NCBI GenBank assembly: GCA_049509455.1
Contig: JBEKZX010000041.1
Location: 1 to 13,018, forward strand
Length of the DNA: 13,018 nucleotides
Direction of reading: 5' to 3'
DNA from: Conexivisphaerales archaeon
GTDB taxonomy: Archaea; Thermoproteota; Nitrososphaeria; Conexivisphaerales; DTJL01
Part shown: piece after piece, positions 1-7,173 of the stretch
Layout of the letters: every line of letters begins with the position of its first letter
Numbering within the stretch: the first letter of the stretch is position 1
The notes under the pieces: model-generated
Database searches by the model: none
What the model saw: only the letters and a program-made list of their open reading frames with translations
Told to the model about the DNA's origin: nothing
Position numbers and translations under genes: made by a program

Positions 1-1190
1 CGACGGGGACACCCAAGGGCGTCGTCCACAGCACCGCCGGCTACATGCTCTGGTCCTACTATACGCAGAAGGTCGTCTTCGACGTCCAGGACGACGACAT
101 CTATTGGTGCACGGCGGACTGTGGTTGGGTTACAGGCCATACATATGTGGTCTATGGCCCGCTCCTAAGAGGTGTCACTTCGTTCATGTACGAGGGCGCG
201 CCCGATCACCCTGCCCCTGACAGATGGTGGGAAATGATCGAAAGGTACGGCGTCACCATACTGTACACTACTCCGACGTCCGTCAGGATGCATATGAAGT
301 ATGGAGAAGAGTGGGTGAAGAAACACGACCTACTCTCTCTTCGTTTGCTCGGTTCGGTGGGCGAGCCTATCAATCCCGAGGCCTGGCAGTGGTACTACAG
401 GAACGTGGGGAACCACCGATGCTCAATCGTTGACACGTGGTGGCAGACTGAAACTGGAGGTATAATGGTCTCCCCTCAGCCAGGAATCGCCAATATCCCG
501 CTGAAAGCGGGCTCTGCTACGCTCCCCCTGCCGGGCGTTGATGCCGACGTCATAACAGAAGATGGTAGGTCAGCTCGTCCCAACGAGAAGGGCTTCATGG
601 TCATAAAGAGGCCATGGCCGGGAGAGCTCATGACCGTCTGGGAGGACCCGAAGAGATTCAGGGAGGCATATTTCAAGAAGATTCCTGGAATGTACTTCGC
701 AGCGGACTATGCTATGAAAGACGAAGACGGCTACTTCTGGTTCCTCGGGAGGGCCGACGAGGTGCTCAAGGTCGCCGGCCATAGGATCAGCACAACCGAG
801 CTAGAGGACGTCCTGATCTCTCATCCAGCCGTGGCCGAGTCGGCGGTGATAGGGAAGTCAGACCCGATAAAGATGCAAGTACCCGTGGCGTTCGTCACCC
901 TCAGGCCAGATAGCAAAGCGTCACCACAGCTGAGAGTGGAGCTGATAAACCATGTGAGACACAACCTTGGATCCATAGCCGCACCAGAGAATATCTATTT
1001 CGTAAGCAAGCTACCCAAGACCAGGAGCGGGAAGATCATGAGACGCCTGCTGGGAGCCATCGTCGAAGAAAGGGCGCTGGGGGACATCACGACTCTGGAG
1101 GACGGAACGAGCATAGAGGAGGCAAAGCAGAGCTACGAGGAGTTGAAGACAGAATTGAAGGCCGTGCTTGTTGGAGTTGAAACATCGTGA
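1..1190 (+). CDS. acs: Acetyl-CoA synthetase (acetate-CoA ligase), 5'-partial; gene starts before the window
   Basis: The frame is open from base 3 (TGTPKGVVHSTAGY, the AMP-binding P-loop), so ATG45 is not the start. Also WCTADCGWVTGH, LGSVGEPINP, IVDTWWQTETGG, LGRADEVLKVAGHRI and the C-terminal LPKTRSGKIMRR with the catalytic/acetylated Lys. Confidence 0.95.
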   Translation, partial: TGTPKGVVHSTAGYMLWSYYTQKVVFDVQDDDIYWCTADCGWVTGHTYVVYGPLLRGVTSFMYEGAPDHPAPDRWWEMIERYGVTILYTTPTSVRMHMKYGEEWVKKHDLLSLRLLGSVGEPINPEAWQWYYRNVGNHRCSIVDTWWQTETGGIMVSPQPGIANIPLKAGSATLPLPGVDADVITEDGRSARPNEKGFMVIKRPWPGELMTVWEDPKRFREAYFKKIPGMYFAADYAMKDEDGYFWFLGRADEVLKVAGHRISTTELEDVLISHPAVAESAVIGKSDPIKMQVPVAFVTLRPDSKASPQLRVELINHVRHNLGSIAAPENIYFVSKLPKTRSGKIMRRLLGAIVEERALGDITTLEDGTSIEEAKQSYEELKTELKAVLVGVETS

Positions 1191-1792
1191 GCGTCACCAT
1201 GGATAAGGCCCTGGCGGCTGACCCCGCCCCTCTGGGGTTGGCAGCCTTCGCCTTCACCACCTTCCTGCTCAGCTTCGCCAACGCTGGATGGTTACCTTCG
1301 ACTACAACTGCTGTAGTGCTTCCCCTGGCGCTGGCCTACGGAGGCCTATGCCAGCTCCTTACGGGCGTCTTCGAGATGAGGAAGGGGAACACCTTCGGGT
1401 TCACGGCGTTCTGCAGCTACGGCGCCTTCTGGCTCTTCTACGCCCTCCTGGTGCTCCTTGCCAGCATGAGCATCATAACGCCCATCTCGAGCGCGGTGGG
1501 CGCGACCCTCATCCTGTGGGGGATATTCACGTTCTACATGTGGATACCGTCCATGAGCATAACCCGCGCCCTGAGCCTCGTCTTCCTCTTCCTCTGGATC
1601 ACCTTCTTCTTCCTCGGGGCGGGCGACCTCTACGGCATCTCCCGCCTGACGACCATAGGAGGGTACCTTGGAATCATCACCGCCTGCCTGGCGGCGTACA
1701 CCAGCTTCGCGATAGTGACCAACTCCGTCGTTGGTCCAGGAACCATCCCGCTAGGCAAGGGGATGGCATGGAGGAAGGCAAAGCCCAGCTGA
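1187..1792 (+). CDS. satP: Acetate uptake channel, GPR1/FUN34/YaaH (SatP) family, about 6 TM
   Basis: ADPAPLGLAAFAFTTFLLS (NPAPLGL-type signature) and GNTFGFTAFCSYGAFW. GTGA overlap with the acs stop; alternative start ATG1199. Confidence 0.9.
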   Translation: MSVTMDKALAADPAPLGLAAFAFTTFLLSFANAGWLPSTTTAVVLPLALAYGGLCQLLTGVFEMRKGNTFGFTAFCSYGAFWLFYALLVLLASMSIITPISSAVGATLILWGIFTFYMWIPSMSITRALSLVFLFLWITFFFLGAGDLYGISRLTTIGGYLGIITACLAAYTSFAIVTNSVVGPGTIPLGKGMAWRKAKPS

Positions 1793-1823
1793 AGGCGGGG
1801 ACAAGGACACGGTCGAAGTCTGA
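1786..1823 (+). repeat. Repeat copy 0: core plus 3' end only, overlapping the satP stop codon
   Basis: GGACAAGGACACGGTCGAAGTCT (1799-1821) matches GGACAGGGACACGGTAAAAGTCT of copy 1 at 20/23 nt and ends in the same frame (DKDTVEV* vs DRDTVKV*). CAGCTGAAG (1786-1794) precedes it, with 13 nt less spacing than in copy 1. Confidence 0.6.
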
Positions 1824-1883
1824 CTCGTTTGGAAGTCGGGCTTCTAGAGACATCCGATAGTAGCATTATTGGATGATCATATG

Positions 1884-1907
1884 TTGCAAATCCTACAAGG
1901 TTTGCAA
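1884..1907. terminator. Inverted repeat between convergent satP and AKR genes (possible terminator or binding site)
   Basis: TTGCAAA-T-CCT-aca-AGG-TTTGCAA: 10-bp stem with one bulge. Confidence 0.3.
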
Positions 1908-2010
1908 GGTACCTAAACCCTATTGGATACAGGTCCCGCTCGGGCCAGTTCCCTCTACAGCTGGATGTTCTCCTGCTCACGAAAGAAGGGTCTCTGACAA
2001 GATCCCCTGG

Positions 2011-2844
2011 TCAGGCCGGAGGAGGGTAGGCGTTCTCTAGCTCGGACCTGTCTTCGGCCGACATCCTCCAGCCGACGGACCCGATATTCTCCATGACGTG
2101 CGCCTCGTTTGAGGCCCTGGGAATGGGAAACACGTTCTCCTGCGACAGCAGCCAGTTGAGCGCCACCTGAGGAGCAGTCTTGCCGTACTTCTGCCCGATG
2201 CTCGACAGTACCCTGCTAGAGGTTAGCTTCCCATGCCCCAGCGGAAAGTACGCCAGGAGTGCCATGTTCTCCTTCCTGCAGTAGGGAAGTATCTCCTTCT
2301 CCATCCGCCTATCGGCGAGGTGGTAGGGCATCTGGTTCGACGCGAGGCGGTGCTTCTTCAGGGAATCGTTCGCCTCAACCATCTGTCTGAGCGAGAAGTT
2401 GGAGACGCCTATGTACCTGATGAGGCCCCTATCCACCATCTCCTCCATGGCGGACATGGTTTCCTTGATGGGCACGAAGGGGCTCGGCTGGTGGACCTGA
2501 TATAGGTCGACGTAGCCCAAGTTCAGCTTCCTGAGGCTCCTCTCAAGCGATTTCACGAGCGCGTCATGCCGCAGGTGGAGGAACATCACCTTGGTGGCGA
2601 TGAAGAGGTCCTCCCTCGGGAATCCGTCGATCGCCCTGGCGACAAGAGGCTCGGAGTTGTAGACTTCAGCCGTGTCTATCAGGCGGATGCCGCCATCGAG
2701 CCCCACCCTGAGTGCAGCCACCTTCGCCTCCCCTCCCGCGACGACGCCCGCCCGAGACTTGATGATCCACGGGAAGTCGTAGTAAGTGCCCATCCCCAGC
2801 GCGGTCACCTGCCTTGCCGTCCAGCCGAAGGATTTGCTTTCCAC
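2011..2844 (-). CDS. Aldo/keto reductase
   Basis: Catalytic tetrad motifs IDTAEVY (D,Y), LFIATKV (K), VDLYQVHQP (H), plus RYIGVSNFS and IPRAS. Family-like sequence starts at GTG2844 (MESKSFGWT); the ORF-track extension to 2937 looks non-homologous. Confidence 0.93.
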   Translation of the reverse strand: MESKSFGWTARQVTALGMGTYYDFPWIIKSRAGVVAGGEAKVAALRVGLDGGIRLIDTAEVYNSEPLVARAIDGFPREDLFIATKVMFLHLRHDALVKSLERSLRKLNLGYVDLYQVHQPSPFVPIKETMSAMEEMVDRGLIRYIGVSNFSLRQMVEANDSLKKHRLASNQMPYHLADRRMEKEILPYCRKENMALLAYFPLGHGKLTSSRVLSSIGQKYGKTAPQVALNWLLSQENVFPIPRASNEAHVMENIGSVGWRMSAEDRSELENAYPPPA

Positions 2845-2914
2845 GCGCCGCTCGCCCAGCACGGGCTCCGGAATCCCACCTAAACAAGTCTTGCTGACAT
2901 GACGAGGCCCTTGC

Positions 2915-3535
2915 TCAGCGCACCATGTACATCTCAAGCGGCGGCTGTGCTATCATGACGCTAGGGGGCAGATTCCTCGGCGGTATTCTCCGGCCGCCGG
3001 TCATCGCCTTCCGTCGCTTGTCTGTCGTCCTGACGAAGGGTTCCGCCTCCCGAGGCACCGCCCCCACCTCCTTCTCCGCTTCCCCCAGCTCGTGCCGCAG
3101 CTGGATGATATTCTCTTCAAATATCCTAATCAACCGTCTGAGCTGGGCCCGCTCGCTCGCACTCCATTCTTCACTATCCGCTCGCCGATGAGCTAGTTTG
3201 TATTTCATTCCCGTCATGGATGTGGTGTATTCATTAGCATTGAGCTTCCGCACATTCTGGCGGGCAAGTATGTACCAGTGGTATTCGGTGCCCACAGGAG
3301 CCCCTGATCCTTCGGGCGCGTTCCATTTCCTCAGTTTGTTCACAGCGTAGGTAAATTGCCATCTGTCGGGAGCGACCTTTGTCTCCTTCCATTCCCCTTG
3401 CCGATAGTACCAGCTATGGCTACCGCCAACCCTCATTCCGCTGTATTTCCTACCTTCGAATTCTTTGATGGCGTTGTAGCTCGCAGCTACATCCTCCACA
3501 CCCGCCGGCTTTCGGCTGATTGCGACCTCTCCCAT
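2915..3535 (-). CDS. Uncharacterised protein (YSGMxVGGSHxWxY...APEGSGAPVGTEYHWYILA motif), function unknown
   Basis: 206-aa ORF with dense aromatic/Gly motifs (GEWKETK, YHWYILA, KLNANEY, KYKLAHRR) that I recall from uncharacterised bacterial/archaeal proteins; TATA-like box 22-27 nt upstream. Confidence 0.85.
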   Translation of the reverse strand: MGEVAISRKPAGVEDVAASYNAIKEFEGRKYSGMRVGGSHSWYYRQGEWKETKVAPDRWQFTYAVNKLRKWNAPEGSGAPVGTEYHWYILARQNVRKLNANEYTTSMTGMKYKLAHRRADSEEWSASERAQLRRLIRIFEENIIQLRHELGEAEKEVGAVPREAEPFVRTTDKRRKAMTGGRRIPPRNLPPSVMIAQPPLEMYMVR

Positions 3536-3555
3536 GATGATTTAGAAGGTCAGCA

Positions 3556-3563
3556 GATATAAC
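3556..3563 (-). promoter_or_regulatory. Candidate TATA box for the 2915-3535 gene
   Basis: GTTATATC on the minus strand, 22-27 nt upstream of ATG3535, consistent with a leaderless archaeal transcript. Confidence 0.4.
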
Positions 3564-3763
3564 CACATACAATTCTCGATAGACCACTAGATAACCTTCC
3601 CAACTGATTCTCCTGTTCTTCTGGAATGGTAACGCTCGGGACAACCTAGTGGGAACCGAATCGACTCTGTGATGTTGACTTGGGATTCACCTAATTGGTT
3701 AGGTGCCTAGCGCCCTCTTCGCTCAGGGACAGCGTAGAACCTTAAAGGGCGCTCACCCCTATC

Positions 3764-3982
3764 ATGACGGTGATGTCGTCCGTCGTCGAGGAGGACACGA
3801 AGGGGGAGAGGGTGGCCTACAAGGACATGCACACTCTCTACGAGGCGGAGCAGAAGAGGGCCGACAGGCTGTCCAGGGACGAGGCCGCCAGGGAGCTGAA
3901 GAACTGAGAGAACTCTTCCTGGGTCGCGAAGCAGCTGAAGAAGGCCCTGGACCCCAAGGACAGGGACACGGTAAAAGTCTAG
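3764..3982 (+). repeat. Repeat copy 1: most complete copy, ~72-codon frame interrupted by TGA at 3905-3907
   Basis: MTVMSSVVEEDTKGERVAYKDMHTLYEAEQKRADRLSRDEAARELKN*ENSSWVAKQLKKALDPKDRDTVKV*. 151/171 nt identical to copy 3 and 125/147 nt identical to copy 2 (hand count). Confidence 0.95.
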
Positions 3983-4373
3983 AAGACAATTGCTCCAACG
4001 ATGCACTTATGCTAAGAACGCAAAGGCAAACAAAGGAAAGATGTCTCGGTCAAAACGCGCAGGCGATTTGAAAGAAGGCGATATCATAGAGCTTTAGGGA
4101 GTTCGAGTCAGACTGTCTCGCCACAGGAATTGCGATGTGTGTAATCCTAAACAAGATGCGAAGACCCCGACGAAGCTGAATCACCACGCTGAACATCACT
4201 ATGCATATACTGAATATGCCATAGGAGTGCTCGGCTTCAAGAACACGGTGCGATATTATGAAACAGTCGAATGACGATAGTTGAGGAAGCATTCCCGAGC
4301 GCCTGGTTTTTGCGCGGAAGAGCCTGCCGTACATTCGAACCTGACATGGCTAGGACCCAAAAGGTCCGTGGGC

Positions 4374-5099
4374 TCATTCTGTTGCTTTCGACTCCTGCAT
4401 CTCTTTGAGAAGACGGTTGACTTCGCCTAAGACAGTTCTGACGCGTTCACCTTCGTTTTGCTTCGAAGCGTAGGCGGCCTTGAGCCGATCTTCAAATCCC
4501 TTTTCGCCGAGGGTCTTAATATCGGCGTTCAAACGGAGAATTAGCTTCTTGGCCGAGCCCCTAGCGCTCAGTTCCCTGATCTTGTCCCAGTCTGCTCCCC
4601 TCACAAGCATCGCCACGTCTCTCAAGTCGGGGTCCCTTCCGGCGTGCAGCTTCATCGCAATCAGCAGTTCCCTTGAGGCCACCTTCGAGAGCACCGAGCC
4701 GCTGACGCCTGTCACCCGAAGCTCCCGCGACGTCTTTCGGATCTCTTCCTCCTTCCAGATTGCCTCTGTCTGGCGACATCTAACACCGCCAACCGACAGA
4801 TCTACAAAGACCTCATCCTGGCCTATTGTCTTGATGAACTTCCATGTCTCAAGTTTACTGGGCTCATCCCGATAGATCATTCCTTCGTTCGCGTAGCCCT
4901 GAGTCTTGAAAGATGACGCGAACCCATCGAATTGTAGATTTGCAATGACTATGTCGCAGTCTGCGGAGTACCGTGGAAGAGGAGAATATGCGTTGACTGC
5001 ATAGCCACCTATCAGTGTGAAGTTCTCTCTCATCCCGTAAATGGCTTGCAGCGTCCGGATGACTTCCGCTTCTCTTGCTACGAGGCTCTGGCGGATCAT
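4374..5099 (-). CDS. Nucleotidyltransferase, Pol-beta superfamily, AbiEii/MenT-like putative toxin
   Basis: LIGGYAV (GG motif), RYSADCD (RxSxDxD), LIAMKLHAGRDPDLRD (K..R..D..D). ATGA overlap with the upstream gene. Confidence 0.85.
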   Translation of the reverse strand: MIRQSLVAREAEVIRTLQAIYGMRENFTLIGGYAVNAYSPLPRYSADCDIVIANLQFDGFASSFKTQGYANEGMIYRDEPSKLETWKFIKTIGQDEVFVDLSVGGVRCRQTEAIWKEEEIRKTSRELRVTGVSGSVLSKVASRELLIAMKLHAGRDPDLRDVAMLVRGADWDKIRELSARGSAKKLILRLNADIKTLGEKGFEDRLKAAYASKQNEGERVRTVLGEVNRLLKEMQESKATE

Positions 5100-5722
5100 C
5101 TGGTCATCGGAACATCCTCATATTCAGCGTTCAGACCAAGATTGTATTTCTTATCGAGCATCTCTAGCGCTGGCGCATACGTGTACGGATCTCTTCGGCA
5201 GTACTCGACCACCTTGTCCAGAGGGTCGACGCTCAGCCCATCGACGAACGTATACCCGACGCTAGCCGTTAGCCTGAGGACAAAGTAGATGCCGTACAAT
5301 GTCTCTGCCGGTTTGGAACCCTCTACGATGCATTTCTTGTCGTTGATGGAGAAGAATGTCCTCCACTTCTCGTTGTCAGACTCGTTGACCTCGATGTATA
5401 TTGGATAAGACCCAAAGAACCTGTTCGCGTTGTACCCACCCTTGGTCCACACGAACACCCCGTCTACGTTGGTCAGAGCATAAGGAAGTCTAGACCTTTT
5501 CAAGAGATCATACGCGCCTCCGATATCGTATTTTGAGCTCAGGTAGCGGTCTGGGCTTTTGACTCTGTATTTTCCGCGGCCTATCCTTTCTAGGAGGCCT
5601 TTCTTTGTCATGTCGAATAGGACTTTGGATGGATCAGGACTAGAGAAAGCACTAGCGAAGTCTTCCGTCGTGAACTCTGACTTCCAGTTCCCCAGGATTG
5701 TCCAGAGCTCATAGTATGACAT
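5096..5722 (-). CDS. Winged-HTH protein, AbiEi-like putative antitoxin/regulator
   Basis: FTTEDF...KVLFDMTKKGLLERIGRGKYRV is the typical AbiEi-type wHTH signature (L.+.G.+.RI.RG.Y). Likely start ATG5722, which has a TATA-like box 25-30 nt upstream. Translationally coupled to the NTase. Confidence 0.75.
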   Translation of the reverse strand: MSYYELWTILGNWKSEFTTEDFASAFSSPDPSKVLFDMTKKGLLERIGRGKYRVKSPDRYLSSKYDIGGAYDLLKRSRLPYALTNVDGVFVWTKGGYNANRFFGSYPIYIEVNESDNEKWRTFFSINDKKCIVEGSKPAETLYGIYFVLRLTASVGYTFVDGLSVDPLDKVVEYCRRDPYTYAPALEMLDKKYNLGLNAEYEDVPMTR

Positions 5723-5726
5723 GCTG

Positions 5727-5754
5727 ATTACCACTGCAGTAATAGGTATATGAA
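5727..5754 (-). promoter_or_regulatory. Candidate TATA box and adjacent inverted repeat (possible autoregulatory operator)
   Basis: TTCATATACC on the minus strand (5754-5745). ATTAC-N7-GTAAT at 5727-5743 lies between the TATA box and ATG5722. Confidence 0.35.
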
Positions 5755-5803
5755 GACATCGCTCTGTAGAGGTCAAGGTCACGCGGCCGACTTTGAGTGG
5801 GAG

Positions 5804-6019
5804 CTAGTCTGTTTGGAGTATGGGGCCTATATCTTCCTCTGTTCGTCTTGCAGCTCCTTCGAAAGGGGAGAGGGACTCTGTCGTCACGAGAGAGGAGGTA
5901 GGGAGGAAGTTCGGACGAGGACTAATCGACCTGAGGGGACGGAAGGGATAGTCGATCTTGATGATATCGATCTCCTCTCCAACAGCAAACCGAGCGAGCT
6001 TCTCCTATACTACGCCCAT
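5804..6019 (-). pseudogene. Possible degraded ORF, MGVV*EKLARFAVGEEIDIIKIDY...
   Basis: The ATG overlaps the previous stop (TGATG); in-frame TAG at codon 5; no recognisable family. Confidence 0.2.
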
Positions 6020-6328
6020 CAAGGAGAGCTCAATCCAGCCTGGGCCGCCTCGGCTAGGATCTCTTCCGCCTGTTGATTCGCCTCTCGCATGTCAGCACTT
6101 TCGCCGACAGGCTCCCGGTAGACCCCGAATCGGTTATAGCAGTCGGCGCAGAACCAGGCGGGAGACTTGCCGCTGACGTAGAGGCACCCTCCCAGGAACG
6201 ACCTTTGATGGCCCGGCCCCTTCAGCTCCTTGGCCAACCTCTCGAAGTCTGGCAGGCCATACTCAATCGGTATTACGTTCGTGGAACCGCACTTCGGACA
6301 GGGTTCTGGCGAAGTACTTCAGTCTCAT
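6019..6328 (-). pseudogene. Frameshifted small Zn-ribbon protein (CxxC...YGLP...LGGC...WFCxxC)
   Basis: ATG6328 (4 nt after the upstream stop) gives MRLKYFART. Removing one base in the CCC run (plus-strand GGG 6301-6303) joins it to CPKCGSTNVIPIEYGLPDF...FLGGCLYVSGKSPAWFCADCYNRFG, 102 aa in total. The ORF track shows only the last 72 aa. Confidence 0.75.
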
Positions 6329-6332
6329 GGGC

Positions 6333-6848
6333 TCAGTACAGCGGGTTCAGCACCACCGGCTCGCAGCCCAGCATCTTCAGGATGGAGACGGCCCCGGAGG
6401 CCCTGATGGAGTCCCTATGGTTGGCCCAGGCCAGCCCGCTCCACGAGACGGCGTAGAAGATCACGTACTTCGTGACCCCCCTGCAGCGGGCGGAGACGTA
6501 CTCGATCGTTTCGAGCATGAGCTTCTCCTGGTCATCGTATTCCCCCATGACCACTATCGCCACCGGCTGGAAGCGTCCGGAGGCGAACCCCGGTATTATG
6601 GCCACGCCGTCCGGCAGGGGAGGGAGCTCCTTTCGAGGGAGCAGGTCGACGGGGAGGAAGTCGAGCTCGAATGAACCCAGAGTGTAGACGTCCCTCCCCA
6701 CCAGGCGCCCAACGATGCTGTCCCCGCCCCACACCCAGCTGTGGTCCCGGCTTTCGTTGAGGAGCTCCCTCTCGACGCTGGTCAGCTTCGAGAGGATGGA
6801 CTGGACCTCGGGCGGCAGCTTCCTGATCAGGAGAGGAGACACGGTCAA
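6333..6848 (-). CDS. Hypothetical alpha/beta protein
   Basis: Strong G/C third-position bias. SD-like GAGGTG (6861-6856) 7 nt before TTG6848 (GTG6842 is an alternative). Motifs AIIPG, ARCRGVTKYVIFY, W...W.NH. Confidence 0.8.
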   Translation of the reverse strand: MTVSPLLIRKLPPEVQSILSKLTSVERELLNESRDHSWVWGGDSIVGRLVGRDVYTLGSFELDFLPVDLLPRKELPPLPDGVAIIPGFASGRFQPVAIVVMGEYDDQEKLMLETIEYVSARCRGVTKYVIFYAVSWSGLAWANHRDSIRASGAVSILKMLGCEPVVLNPLY

Positions 6849-7026
6849 CACTAGGCACCTCGAGCGCAAACCATGAAACCCGTTCCCCTAATAATCGCTG
6901 GAGTTGGTAGGGATTTGACCTAGAGTGAATAAGAGGTGACGCTCCACGAAACGGTGATGTTGAGCTAGAAGCGGAGGAAGTGAAGTCGAAGTCATCAATG
7001 TAGGAGGGAATCAGAACCATCTAGGA

Positions 7027-7173
7027 CTCTACGAGGCCGAGCGGAAGAGGGCCGACAGGCTGTCTAGGGACGAGGCCGCCGGGGAGCTGGGGAACGAGGA
7101 GAACTCCGATTTGGTCACGAAGCAGCTGAAGAAGGCACTGGACCCCAAGGACAGGGAGGCCGTAGAAATCAAG
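7027..7173 (+). repeat. Repeat copy 2: lacks the 5' part, no start codon
   Basis: LYEAERKRADRLSRDEAAGELGNEENSDLVTKQLKKALDPKDREAVEIK; 125/147 nt identical to 3836-3982. Confidence 0.95.

Noticed and set aside
2233-2883. ORF-track ORFs 2233-2505, 2566-2883 and similar (570-782, 1288-1860, 4480-4875, 6073-6456, 6327-6674, 7192-7647, 10771-11046, 11534-11977)
   Set aside because: Antisense or alternate-frame shadows of well-supported GC-rich genes, with no recognisable motifs.
2845-2937. N-terminal Cys-containing extension of the AKR given by the ORF track
   Set aside because: It overlaps the upstream gene's stop and precedes the family-typical start; GTG2844 is preferred.
3680-3760. tRNA-like appearance (AATTGGTTA resembles a D-loop, followed by a 7-nt-loop hairpin)
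   Set aside because: No T-arm (GTTCRA), no acceptor stem and no U33 on either strand.
2950-3769. Short exact matches such as CTATCATGACG (2950 and 3759) and AGGTGCCTAG (3701 and the minus strand at 6860)
   Set aside because: 10-11-mers are expected many times by chance in 13 kb.
3703-4071. ORFs 3703-4071, 3707-4006, 3762-3998, 9828-10082, 9886-10314 and 9966-10172
   Set aside because: Alternate-frame or antisense readings of the repeat; 9966-10172 is the repeat frame fused to unrelated upstream sequence.
4098-4274. Open stretch with CDVC and a His cluster (RNCDVCNP...LNHHAEHHY)
   Set aside because: No start codon before the CxxC and no family match I can support; it may be a relic but cannot be called.
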